Virus record (IMG/VR): IMGVR_UViG_3300032308_002246
Span: 1 to 64,000 of that record
Source of the DNA: a virus
Length of the DNA: 64,000 bases
Direction: 5' to 3' (one strand)
Both the position numbers and the translations under genes were made by a program. Each line of letters begins with the position of its first letter. Within the stretch, counting starts at the first letter, position 1. Under the pieces are notes generated by a model that did no database searches, was not told the origin of the DNA, and saw only the letters and a list, made by a program, of their open reading frames with translations. Of the stretch, positions 47,544-59,200 are shown in pieces.

Positions 47544-47926
47544 TATTTTTTAACCTTCTTAATCATCCCATCAACAATTCCGCTGACAACCCCGTCTGGT
47601 ATGACCGCAAATCTGCACTTACCGTTTGGTTCAACGTTTTGTTGAATGATTTTGCATGAGCCATTGCCTTCATATAGCACGCAGTTTGAACATTTTACGC
47701 CTATTTGGGCTACTTCGTTTTCTCGAGCTCCAACATATCCAGCCCATATGCCAGTTTCGTCTTCGTTAAACTTGCCATATTTTTGAGCAATTGTAATTAA
47801 CGAATTAGCTAATTCTGCTTCTTCCGCAGCCAACTTTGGTTTTACCTGCGTCTTGTCAACCTCAACAAGAATAGAGTTGTCCCCGTTCACAAGGCTTTGT
47901 ATTAGTTTTAAGATTGGATTGTCCAT
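47543..47926 (-). CDS. protein with HiPIP-like Cys cluster
   Basis: CSNCVLY....CKII...VEPNGKC. Confidence 0.55.
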   Translation of the reverse strand: MDNPILKLIQSLVNGDNSILVEVDKTQVKPKLAAEEAELANSLITIAQKYGKFNEDETGIWAGYVGARENEVAQIGVKCSNCVLYEGNGSCKIIQQNVEPNGKCRFAVIPDGVVSGIVDGMIKKVKK

Positions 47927-47943
47927 GTTGCAATTATCCCACA

Positions 47944-48477
47944 CTATATTGCGTCTATTATTAGATGAACTCGGTCGCTATTACCCGTGTTTTCAACACC
48001 ATGATATCTGTTGACATTATCTATCAGCCAAATCTGCCCTGGCTTCAGGTTCATTAACTCATTTCCTACGCTAAAAATGCATCCTTCATTCGTCAAAACC
48101 GGAACGTGTATCCTGTGGGTTTTAGCTGTCAACGGGCCTTTATCCATATGTGTTGGTATAACAGTGCCGGCTTTTAGCTTCGCTAGCATTGCTTGTCGCG
48201 TATAGACCTCTCCAAGGTGCTTTGAAGCAGCCAAAACAATTTCTTCTATATACGCACTAAATACATCGTAGTTTTCATGGAGGATTTTAGAATTAAGACG
48301 ATGTTTTTTATCGTACATTAAGGGAATCGTATGGGTATTTTTTGAAGCTATTCCACCAGTTTTTTTACGTTCTGTATATCTAGTCCAGTCTTCTGTTGTC
48401 AGATTCAATACCTCATTAAGCAATCCTGCAAATGAAGGCATATCTCCAATAAAGAAGAACGCATTGTTTTCCTTCAT
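47944..48477 (-). CDS. aspartyl/asparaginyl beta-hydroxylase-family oxygenase
   Basis: LKAG..IPTHMD...RIHVPV.TN...G..W.IDN...H.VEN....RVHLIID. Confidence 0.88.
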   Translation of the reverse strand: MKENNAFFFIGDMPSFAGLLNEVLNLTTEDWTRYTERKKTGGIASKNTHTIPLMYDKKHRLNSKILHENYDVFSAYIEEIVLAASKHLGEVYTRQAMLAKLKAGTVIPTHMDKGPLTAKTHRIHVPVLTNEGCIFSVGNELMNLKPGQIWLIDNVNRYHGVENTGNSDRVHLIIDAI

Positions 48478-48498
48478 ACACAATCTCTCCATATATAG

Positions 48499-48538
48499 CA
48501 AAAACCCCGCCCACCCCAAAGGAGCGAGCGGGGTTTTT
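48499..48538 (-). terminator. intrinsic terminator after the capsid gene
   Basis: AAAAACCCCGC...GCGGGGTTTTT. Confidence 0.8.
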
Positions 48539-48549
48539 ACCAGTGCTTA

Positions 48550-49872
48550 TTAGGCTTCTGGAGCTCCGTCGAAGGTTACCTTCACGAATGACTCTGGACG
48601 CTTGACAGCAAGGGCGAGTCTCTGCTCGGCCAAGATGACAACTGCGTTTCTTACGAAGAAGTCCGAGTGCTGTTCGCTGATGCGAATCGATGCCTGCTCA
48701 CGGTCATACAACTGTGCGCCTGTACCGAATGCTCCAACAAGTGCTGTGCCTTCTTCGATTGCTGGGCTCTCCACGACTGGGATTCTCCATACTCTTGGCT
48801 CACCGCCGAGAGCAACGGAAACAGCGACCAAGTACTGGCCGTTCTGGTCCTTTGTCGTTTCAATCTTTTCCCAGTCAAGTGGGTTAAGAACAACGCCAGT
48901 TGGCTCGTAGTAAGCCAAGAATGACAAGGTTGCAGCGCGACGAATCGCATCTGCCATCGTGTCTGGAACTGGACTCACAACGCCGTCTGACCAGTCGTAG
49001 GTTTGGATTCCAGATGTCTGAAGAACACCGGTAAGGTTTTCGCCAATACCGTCGCCGTTCAAAATCTGGTCATCTTCCTGCAAACGGAGGCCGTACATCA
49101 ATTCGTTGTCGATGATTGAGCGTAGTTGTGGCTCATCAGCGAGAACGTTTCTGTGTGCTGCTTCCCAGTGAGCAAGCGTGCGTACTGGAGCCTGTTGGCC
49201 AACGAATACGAAGCTTGACTGTGGCTTTGGACCAAAGTTGTTGCCTGAACGCTCTGCAACAGACGATGCACTGTTTGTACCGCCACCAGTTGACGTAAAG
49301 CCAAGGTGCTGGAAGTATTCAATGACAGCTGCTGAAGTTGTGCGGACTGGGAACAAGTCACGAACACGCTTGGTACGCATTGGAGGCGTAACAATTGCAT
49401 CGCGCTGAATGGTTCCGAACGAGCCAGGAGTGCCTGATGGCAATGCTGAGTAAACGTCCTTAACATTGAAGCCGGTAAGCGAAGCGTTCATCTGGAAAGG
49501 TGATGGCATGTTTGCGCCATTCTTTCCACCCTGAAGCGACTTAAACTCAGCTGAGTTAACGAATGCGTCTCCAACGCTCATACGGCGCTCTGACTGTTGT
49601 GCAGATGCGCCTGCTGCTGCAGCTGCTGCTACAGAGTCTGATGATTGCTGTGAGCCCCATTCCGAGACACCCTTCATTGACTCAAGGCCCTCAATGAGGC
49701 TCTTGATTTCGCGGATGTCGCCCATGTTCTTATCAAAGGCTGACTTCTGCTCTGCGGACACAACAACCGTACCGTTGTCAACTCTGAATGAGTCAGCAAT
49801 TGTCTTGTTGTCGGCCATTTTTTCTCTGAGAGCTCCTTGGAGTTCTCTTAAACGTGAATCGTCGAATGACAT
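48550..49872 (-). CDS. HK97-fold major capsid protein with N-terminal delta domain
   Basis: VRDLFP, KPQS, VRTLAHW, LAD.PQL.SII...L.YGL...ED.QILNGDG, FVRN.VVILAE.RLALAV.RPESFV. Confidence 0.96.
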   Translation of the reverse strand: MSFDDSRLRELQGALREKMADNKTIADSFRVDNGTVVVSAEQKSAFDKNMGDIREIKSLIEGLESMKGVSEWGSQQSSDSVAAAAAAGASAQQSERRMSVGDAFVNSAEFKSLQGGKNGANMPSPFQMNASLTGFNVKDVYSALPSGTPGSFGTIQRDAIVTPPMRTKRVRDLFPVRTTSAAVIEYFQHLGFTSTGGGTNSASSVAERSGNNFGPKPQSSFVFVGQQAPVRTLAHWEAAHRNVLADEPQLRSIIDNELMYGLRLQEDDQILNGDGIGENLTGVLQTSGIQTYDWSDGVVSPVPDTMADAIRRAATLSFLAYYEPTGVVLNPLDWEKIETTKDQNGQYLVAVSVALGGEPRVWRIPVVESPAIEEGTALVGAFGTGAQLYDREQASIRISEQHSDFFVRNAVVILAEQRLALAVKRPESFVKVTFDGAPEA

Positions 49873-50000
49873 TTTTTTCTCCTGTTTGGAAGTTTGGTTT
49901 TGAAATTGTTTGCGTCGACACTGCTCAGGTAAGCACCCAGCGTCTTATGCCTTAGTTACAAATTTAACACGCCAAAAAGTTATGTAGGGAATGTATATTA

Positions 50001-50207
50001 CTAAGAGGGTATGTCAATTATTGCGCCAATTTTCTTGGCTTCAGCAACGCTCAAATTAGCCATTTTCAGCATTTCTCTATTTTCTTCTGTGTCAGAAAGA
50101 CCGGCCTCTTCAAGAGAGTAACCGTTCATTGCGGCCATGAGTAAAGCCTCAATTGGGCTTATCCCTTGACGGGCCAAAGGGTTGCCGAAACTGTTCATTT
50201 CCGTCAT
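50001..50207 (-). CDS. small protein, candidate immunity/antitoxin for the zeta domain
   Basis: 68 aa, starting 10 nt after the giant ORF stop. Confidence 0.55.
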   Translation of the reverse strand: MTEMNSFGNPLARQGISPIEALLMAAMNGYSLEEAGLSDTEENREMLKMANLSVAEAKKIGAIIDIPS

Positions 50208-50216
50208 GGTTAAATC

Positions 50217-53200
50217 CTATCTTCCTCTATCAAAATTTGCAAAGTCAAAGAGTTTAGGGTCCATTACTTCCAGCTGCTCATTAATTGCTCTTCTAGCAAT
50301 CATGATTGGGTTCATTGGGTCATTGGTAGTGTCGTAAACAAATAGCTCATCAAAGAATGGGTCTAGGTTTGGCAACTGGAAGTAAAGCGTCCTGTTTATA
50401 GCTGGAGGAATCCAGTCAGGAACCATTCTTCCGGTTCTTTCAAATCTTTCTGCATTTCTTTCCAGAATTACATCATCTGGCGAGAAGAAGTAGTGAGCAA
50501 CAACTTTATATCCAGCATTTTTCCAGTTGATGAGGTCTCTATTGCCGTCATTAAACTGACCGCTTGTATCATAAGTCATATCTACGCCCTCTGAAGCAGC
50601 CCTCCTCATTAGTGAGGCGGCCAATGCACGAGACTCTGTGTGGGTAAGGTTGGCAGCATCAGGTAGACGCTTTTCAAACCAGTAACGTGCTTCAGGCATA
50701 ATCATTTTTGCATCATCTGGGTCAACAACTACTGCATCTTCGTATGAAGGTATTCCTGCAAAGTTTGTATTTCTAGCATTTGTTTTGCCGGTTCCAGAAG
50801 CTCCGCCAAGCACATAAACAGTTGGCTGTTCATTGCCACTATCAAACTCAGGTTTTGACACTCTTGCAATGCTGTTTTCTATGTAAGGAACCCAGAGGCC
50901 GTTGTATCTGTCATCAGAAACTCTGTTGCCATTAAGTCTATATTTTTGCGATGTAGAAATTGGGTCTGATGAATTCAGTTCATCAATTGAATATCCAGAC
51001 TGGTATCCAAGCAGGTCGAGGTCTTCTGCAAGAGACTTATCAACTATTGGTCGTGATGGTTTTGCAACCTTTCCAACAGGACCATCTGGATTCCAGGAGT
51101 CACTCTTGAAATCAACGCCCCAAGGCATCAAAGGATGCGGCATCTTGTCATTTGGCAAGAATCTTTCAGCATCTTTTTCAGCTCGTATTTTATTTATTCT
51201 TGCAATTATTCTCTGGTTTCTTATTCTTTGTGCTTTTGCAAGTATGTTCAGTCTCATTGCTAATGACATTCTCAGGTCGCTAAATGGGTCAGCAGAATTT
51301 GAGCCTTCATAATCCTTGCCCATTTTTGCTACAGCTCTTCTCAACCATTCTGCATGTCCAAATGCGATTGGGTACTTGCCTCTTGCTATATCTTCAAGTG
51401 GAACCCAATTTGCAGCTTTCGCATCTGAAGCAGCCGTTACATTTGAATCCCATGGAACAACAAACAAGCCGGCACCAACTCGTGCGCCCTTAACAAATCG
51501 TGGGTCCCAGTCTGGTGATGTAATAATTCCAAGTGGTTTGGCTTCAATTGATGACTCAAGGTCAATTCCAACCTCTTCCAAACCCTCTCTTGTAGCAGTG
51601 GTCATGTAGTCTTCGTTTCCGTCTCGCAATCCTCCAACAAGGGCTTTTGCGTTTGTAAACGGTCCACTCTTTCTGTCAATCATAAGCACTTCAGCTGAGC
51701 GCAAGTCGTTATTGTTCATTCTTATGATTACAGCATCTGAAGCTTGTGTCAATTTGTTTTTAGCAAGAGACCAGTTGTTAGTAGACCATGTAACATCCTC
51801 ATCATCTCCAGATGTGAGGTTTTTACTAATGTCCAGCGGTGAGTAGTTTGACTGTAGATAAGCCGCTCTCCTCAAGTTGTCCGAAGCTATGTCTCGAGGT
51901 CCGTAAACAGTTTCGTAGTACTCGTCCTGTGGTTGCATCTCAGGCATTCCATAGATACCTTCAAATGACTTAATCAAACCATCAAATGTCGACATACTTC
52001 CGGTTGGGGAATCATCGTTGAACAGTTCAATGTGCTTGTCGTTGTTGAATATTGATTTTGCTTTGGCTACCAGGTCTGTGTAATTCTTATAGTCTTTACC
52101 AGAGCGGTCAACCATTGCCTCTATGAGATTTGAACGATAGGCAATCGCCCCAACTATGTCCGATGGCTCTTCTCCTATTTCTCCGTAAATGAATGAAGAG
52201 TTGGTAGGGAGGATTGAGTCTGACGCAAAAGGGGATGCGCCTTCACGGAAGTCGTACGCTGGAATACTCCTGTTAGCCACACCAGATACATACAGGTCCA
52301 TCAACCTTTGTAGTTCTTGTACTTGCTCTGAGTCGGAAGCGGTGTTGTTCCTGATTGCTGGGTTTCTATCTCTGTTGAACCACAGGTTGGATGAGTTGTT
52401 TTCAGCTCTTAGTGCTTCAAGCTCTCTATCTTTTTGCAAAATTGCGTCCCTAGCAATACCCATTTTCCCAACTGGTCCACTCTCATTTGGGAAACGACCC
52501 ATTGAGAATCTCTTTAGAGTAGAAATGCTCTCAGCAAGAAGCTCTGCTTTGCTAGTTCCAAGAGATTGAAGAATATTGGAAAGACCATCATCTCGTCCGT
52601 CTTCTGTTTTTGCAATAGCTGCAATTAAATGCTCTGTGTCAATGATGTTTTCACCACGATTGAGTGCCTCACGAACTGAGTTAATCATTGTTTTTCTAGC
52701 ACCAAAACTTAATGAAATTACTTTTTCTGCGTTTTCATCTAGGTTTTGGGTTGTTGCGTTATTGACTGCATTACGCAAGTCGTTTACATCGATTCCAAGT
52801 CTGTTAAGAACTCTTCCGGCGATGCTTTGATTTACAGATTTCTTGCCAATGTTTTCTCTAGCAAGACCCAAAAGAAGATGCGGTATGGTTACCTCGCTGG
52901 ACTTGCCAAGTTTGGCTTCTTCGTGTGCGTGCACAACCGAAAGGATATTTGGCTTTGTGTATCTGTTTAGAGCCATTTTCCCTATAGGTCCATCATTAGG
53001 TGGAACAATTCTATTGTCACCAAGCTCTGATGATTCGGTAAAGAAGTTCTTTGGTATTTCATCCTCTGATGAATAGTATTCGTATGTTAAATCTTCATAT
53101 CCATTGTCATTCAACCAAGAATCAAATGTTTTTAGATTTTTAAACTTTCGTGGAGATGAAAATGTTGAATCTGGAGCCGCATCAATTACTTCACGCTTGT

Positions 53201-56200
53201 ATCGAGGCATCAAGGAGTTTCTTTGTGTTCTCTTGTCTTCTGCTTTTATGAACTGTGCAATTTTGTCAAAAGCATCACCAACACTAATTGTTGAATCAAA
53301 AAAGTTTAAGTATTCGCCAAATTTTTCAGCTATTGCAGACGATGCAAAATCTCGGATGAATGAAAAAGCCTGATTTTCGTCGTTTGTATTCAACGCATCA
53401 ATAACTTTCATTGTGAGACCATCAATTGTGTCAGCTATTTCTTCTGCACCAATTTCCTGCGCAAAACCATTCAAAGCACCAAGAATTTCTATGGCTCTTA
53501 TTGAGTCATTGCGATTTGCTCTTAGTTGCTCTATTTGTTCAAAAACTGAATCCATTGGCGTCATTACTTCATTTAATGCACCCTGCGTTCTTCTTAGATT
53601 ATTTATTGCAGTTGTATTTTTTTGTGATTCTACGTATCTCTGATATGTTGCTCTGGCGTCTTCATCAAGAGAATTTATTTTTTCTTCTGTGAAAGCATTA
53701 ATTTTTTCAAATCTTTCTGCTTGTCGCGGCGTAAGCATTGAAGCTATATCACCTGACATCACAGGGTATGCATCTGAGGAATTAGACCAATTTACCCATG
53801 GGAAGTATGAGGACATTGTCATATTTTCTGACACTCGTGTTTGATTTTCTTTAAGAGCATCAACTTCCGACCGCAAGAAACCGCTTAACTGAGAATAAGC
53901 CTTTGCAAGAGCAAGTTCATCTTTATTTAGAGATACTCCATCCGAAAGAGTAATTCCGAAAAGCTGTCTTAGCATTGCCGAAGCATTTTCGTCCGGGGAA
54001 TCAGAAAGAGATTCAGTAAGAGCTTTTACATACTCAGAGAACTCGGCTCCTGAATCCATTGCAAGAATATCTTTTGTTGTAATTGGACTATCTGTAGATA
54101 TCTGGCCGTTTTCGTCCTGCCACCAATAAACATCTGGAGATGTCTCGTATTGTTCATACAGAGAATCAACTTCTGCTTCAGTCCCTGGTCTGGCAAACCA
54201 TTTAACATTTTTGTTATATGGTCTTGAGTCTTCAAATCCACTGTAAACAATGTCTGGGCCATATATTGTGAACTTGCCATCAGCTGCTCTTCTAGGAGCA
54301 ACAGAAAGCATGTCAAAAGAGTCATCTGACATCTTTGAGTTAGCAGAAGAAAACTCTATTGCGTCTGCAAAAAGAGCACCCATCGTGTCAGCGAGGTCTT
54401 TTACAGAGTCATACCATCTTTCGGTTTGCTCAGGATTGAGCTGTACAAATTTATCGCCTTTTTCTCTAGCTATATCCTGAAGAACAAATGGTGAACCAAC
54501 TTCATCGTATATTGATTTGAATATTCTGTCCAAATACCACCCAAGCATTTGGTCGTCTGCAACCGTTCTGCCCATGAAGTCAGAAATTGGATACATTGCG
54601 CGGTTGACATCGTTTACCGCGTCAAGCATCATGGAGTGAACGGCAGACATTACCTGTGCGGCTTTGAATTCACGTGTTGTGGCTGTTCTCATCCACTCTT
54701 TTATTCTATTTCTTGAATCCTCGTTTAGTCCAATTCGTTCAAGCTCTGAGTCTCTCGACATCAAACGAACTGCGTCATTAATCCAGTTTGAGTCTCCAGG
54801 TACAAAACCAGCAGTGGTTCTGCCAAGAGCTCTGTAAATCATCATTATGTCTTTAGCAATTGGACTATCAAGCGATGTAATTGATTCGGCATCAATAAAG
54901 CCTGATTCATACTCTATTGCGTCATCTTCGCTTTCAGAATATCCATCTACTCCAAAAGCTTCTGTTATTTCTTGCTCCAAAAGCATTTGGTTATATGATT
55001 CACTCATTATTTTTCGCATTGACCTAATTAGTCCAGGGAATTGACCCTCTTGAATCATGTCAGATACGGATTTGGTTTTGTCATTTTCCAACTCGGGGAA
55101 TACGCTTGGCGCATCCTCATCTGGACCACCTGCAGCTTCGTAAAGCTGTCCACCGAAAGCATGGTATTTGAGCAAATCACCAAGACCGGAGAACCATTTA
55201 ACAAGTGCTTCTTGGTCTTTTGGTTCTCCATCAGAGAACTTACGTGCTTCAACTGGTCCGTAGAACGGGTTTCCAACTATAACTGGCGGTGAATCTGGGA
55301 GGAAAACAGTAACTTCTGGATTGTCTGAGTCCCATTCTGGTGTTGGGCCATTTGACTGAGAAACATCACTTGGTATTCTGCGACTAGCCATTGCCCCTGC
55401 AGGACCAGAAGCCATTGCCTCATATGCATTTCTAAACGATTGTCTTGGCTGTGCGTTTTCTTCCGATGGCTGAATTATTGAGTTCAAAGCAGCCGCGCCT
55501 ATTCCATACTTGCGCATCGCCTGTCTCTTTGACATTCCTGATGCAATGTCATCAACAATTGCTTTTCTGTTTTTCGCAATCCATTCTTGTGAGCCAACAG
55601 AAGATGGAGCTACACCTGACTTCCTAAGCTCGTGAAGCAGATTTCTTACAGTATTTGGGTTAAATCCAGTAGTGTCAACAATATCTGATTCGTTATATCC
55701 TGCCTTAGCAAAGGATGCAACAACATCTCTTCTTGACTCCGGCATTATTGAAGACATAAACTTTGATGCTTCATCAATGCTTGGGTTCTTTTTCCCAACC
55801 TGCTTGTAGAATTCTTCGAGCTTGCCATTTCTTGCAAGGTCTCTAGCAGTTGCCATTTTAGGGTTAATCGTTCGGCCAAGAGCGCTTGATATTTCAGAAT
55901 CAGTTTGTCCAGATTCAATTGATTCAAATACTGGTTTCATTTCCGACCAGTTGCCAGCAATCCAGAGCAGGTCTCCGTCTGGTCCAACTTCTTGTTCTGA
56001 AGCAGCGTAAGCAGGCCATATATTTTCGGGATTTTTACCTATTGAATGGGCGAGCTTCCTAGCTGCATTTACAGAAAGATTAAACTTTCCACTTCTAAGC
56101 TTCTTTGCTGTAGCCGGTGATGTATTTAAAAATACAGCAAAGTTTTCATCGCTTATATTTTGTGAATTTGGAATAGCCTCAATAAATTTTGATGTTGGCA

Positions 56201-59200
56201 AGAATCCGGTTCTTATTAGGTCTGAATCCTTTACACCTCTCCAAGCAAATATTGGGCTCACGCCATTTTCATCGCTTGAATTTGTTCCATAGATGTTTTT
56301 ATCCAAGTCTGCTTTTTTCAAAGCTGCAGCCATAGCTCCATAAGGACCATCCATTGACCCAGATGACTCTATGTCTTCTGCGTTTTGTCGCAAAGCAAAG
56401 TTTCTGGCTTGTTCACCCATTCTCTGCTTGGCTTCATCTGAATTGAGCCAATCTTGTCTTTCACCGTAAGTCATGTAATCCCAGTCATTGGGGAGAGCAG
56501 AGTAGTTCTGGGGGGCTCGCCGTGCTGGTCTTGAAGGCCTATCCCCATCGTTAACTAAAGCCATGTATATGGACTTGGCCGAATCCTGATGAATCCCTGT
56601 TAGGCCAGCGGCGACACGAGGACTCATGTTTGGAAAATCAGCGAACAACCTCATAGCCCGGGCCATTCTTTCCTTAACCGAGCCGAGAGTTTCGTCGTTA
56701 AGTGCAACCAGCTTATAAGCAGAACCCATTCCTCTTGTTTTTGTTATTTCGGGGAATTCTTCATTCAATATTGAATAAGCTGAAGCAAGGGTGTTTGTTG
56801 GTATTAGCTCGTTAAATCTTTGTTGCATTTTTGCATATGATTTTCTAAACTTGTCAGCGTTTTTATAGGCGTTTACTGCATTTGTAAGTCTTGTCTTATC
56901 AAAACCATATTTATCAGCAACTTGACCCAGAGTTAATTTTTGGACATCGTATTTAACACTTGCCAAAAGCGACTCTCTAATCGCAGCAATTGAGAATATT
57001 TCCGTGACTGGAATGTTATTTTTTCTAGCCAAAGAGTATACATCTGCACCGTTATCTATTTCATTGAGAATCTGTGATGTTCTTGATGGCATGCCTTCAG
57101 AAGAATATGTAGCATTAATTAGATTTCTAATATCGTTTTCTTTTTCGGATGCAATCATCTTGCCGACTGAACGATTGTATTCATTCTGTAATACATTTTT
57201 GAGCGTTGTTGGCATGTCTGTTAGTTCATTTGAAAGAGTTCTAACCGCTCCAACAGGAGAAGACTGAATATTCTGTCTAAACGATTCAATTCTTTGTCTT
57301 GCTGTAACATCCCTATTGTCAACTAGGTCAATAGTTTGTATTCCATTAACAGAACGCAATTGTGACAACATCACACTGCTTAATGCTTTTTCTTTTTTGG
57401 TCATTGATATATTAAATGGAGTATAAAGATTTGAAGAATTATCAGCATATTCGTCAAAACCATTTATTGCTCCAGAATCGCCGAACAGGTAGCCAATTTT
57501 TTTCATATTCCCAACAGGGCCTGAGCCGATTACTCCGTCTCCATTGTTGTCGGCAAGATTCTTCATTGATTCGTTTACCGCTCTTTGAGCCATTAGTACA
57601 TTCATGTACTGAGCTGAGTCGGCAACCATATCCTTAAGTTCTGCGGCCCTGCTCATCAACTCGTTCTTTTGCTCAATAATGTCCTGTCTTGCACGCGAGC
57701 TAGCTTCTGCTTTGGTAGAAAATGATTGTATTTCAGCTTGCATTTGCAAAATCTGTGGACCATATTCGGAGTCCCACTGTTGTATCGAAATTAAATAATC
57801 TCTTGGGTTTATTGCTCCTGCACGAAGTTTTTCTTTTTGGCCAACGATAAACATTTCTCTAGCTTTTATTATTGATGAAGTTGCGCTAACTCTTGATAGA
57901 ATTTGTGCACGTATTCTTTCTTGATACTGGCGTGATGTTCTTTCTTCTGCATCGTCAAGTTCATTTATCGCATTGTCAATACTGTAAATTTCGCTAATCA
58001 AATCACCTGAGTTTTGTGTAATTTCAAGAACTTTTGCTAAAGCTTTTACCCTTGATTCTGCCTGTGAACGTGCGTTGGCTGCATTTCTTGCAGCTATCAG
58101 AACTGAATCAAGATTGTCTATTTGGTCATTCTCGCGTAGAGCTGTTTTTATGCCGGCAATAACTGCATCTGGGTAATAGCCATCACGCAAACCAATTTCT
58201 GATTCATCAAGCATTAAACCGCTTGTCATGTCCTTAAGCCATCCATCTCGGAGTGCTTTGCTTGATTTTGCTTTTGAGCGAGCTATTTTTTTCTGTTTAT
58301 CAAGCTCCATTTTCTCAGTAGCGCTAAGTCTTCTTTGCGAAGAGAATGAGCTCATTCCATATCTAGCTCCATTGCCGCTTGAACGATAACGCTGAGGGAC
58401 CACTGGAACTCTTATTGACTCAGCTGCCTTTATTGATTCTTCAAGGTCTTCGCCTTCAAGCCAACCACTTTGGTTCTGCACATAAATCAAAACCTTGTCC
58501 ATGTCAACTAGGCCTGGCTCATCGTTAATTGAACGGAGAAGAGCTTCAGCCTCTGTTCCGTATCTCCCATTTTCGTGGAACCAATCTCTTGTGAAGTAGT
58601 TGTTATTACCACCTATAAAAGACTCGTATCTGTCGTTAAGAGCAGAAGCTATTGGGTGTCTGTCTGGGTTGAAGTTTGATGGACGGAGCGACTCATCCTC
58701 ATCCATTTCTGGGTTATATACTCCAGAATCTTGTTCGTTGGACTCGTCTGCGCCAATGCCCTGTACGGAAACAGCGTCGTATCCGGTTAATCTCTGTGGT
58801 GCGTAAATGAGTTGACCATTTTTGAGTTTTCTGAACTCAGTGTTTTCAAAAGACTCATCGACTAGTCCATTTATTTCATTTACTAGTGTTTCTTCAATCT
58901 GTGGGTCAATTGCAATTTCATCAGGGCTTGTGTAGAAAAATCCATCAGGTGTATTAATTCCACGAACACCAAGTGCATCAATTGCGGCTTGCTCTATGTA
59001 CCCAAACTCATTTTTAGCCTGCTCATCATGCTTTCTGTGAGGATTAAGCGCAGCCTCTAGGAGTGCTTGTGCTTTTTGAGTTAATCCAGATGGCTTTCTT
59101 GCCATTGACCCAACTGGGGAATCGGAGAATTCATCATCGTCCCAGTCGTCTGGAGCATCAGCAAAGTCATCTTCTGGAGATATTCTACCAGCTCTGATAT

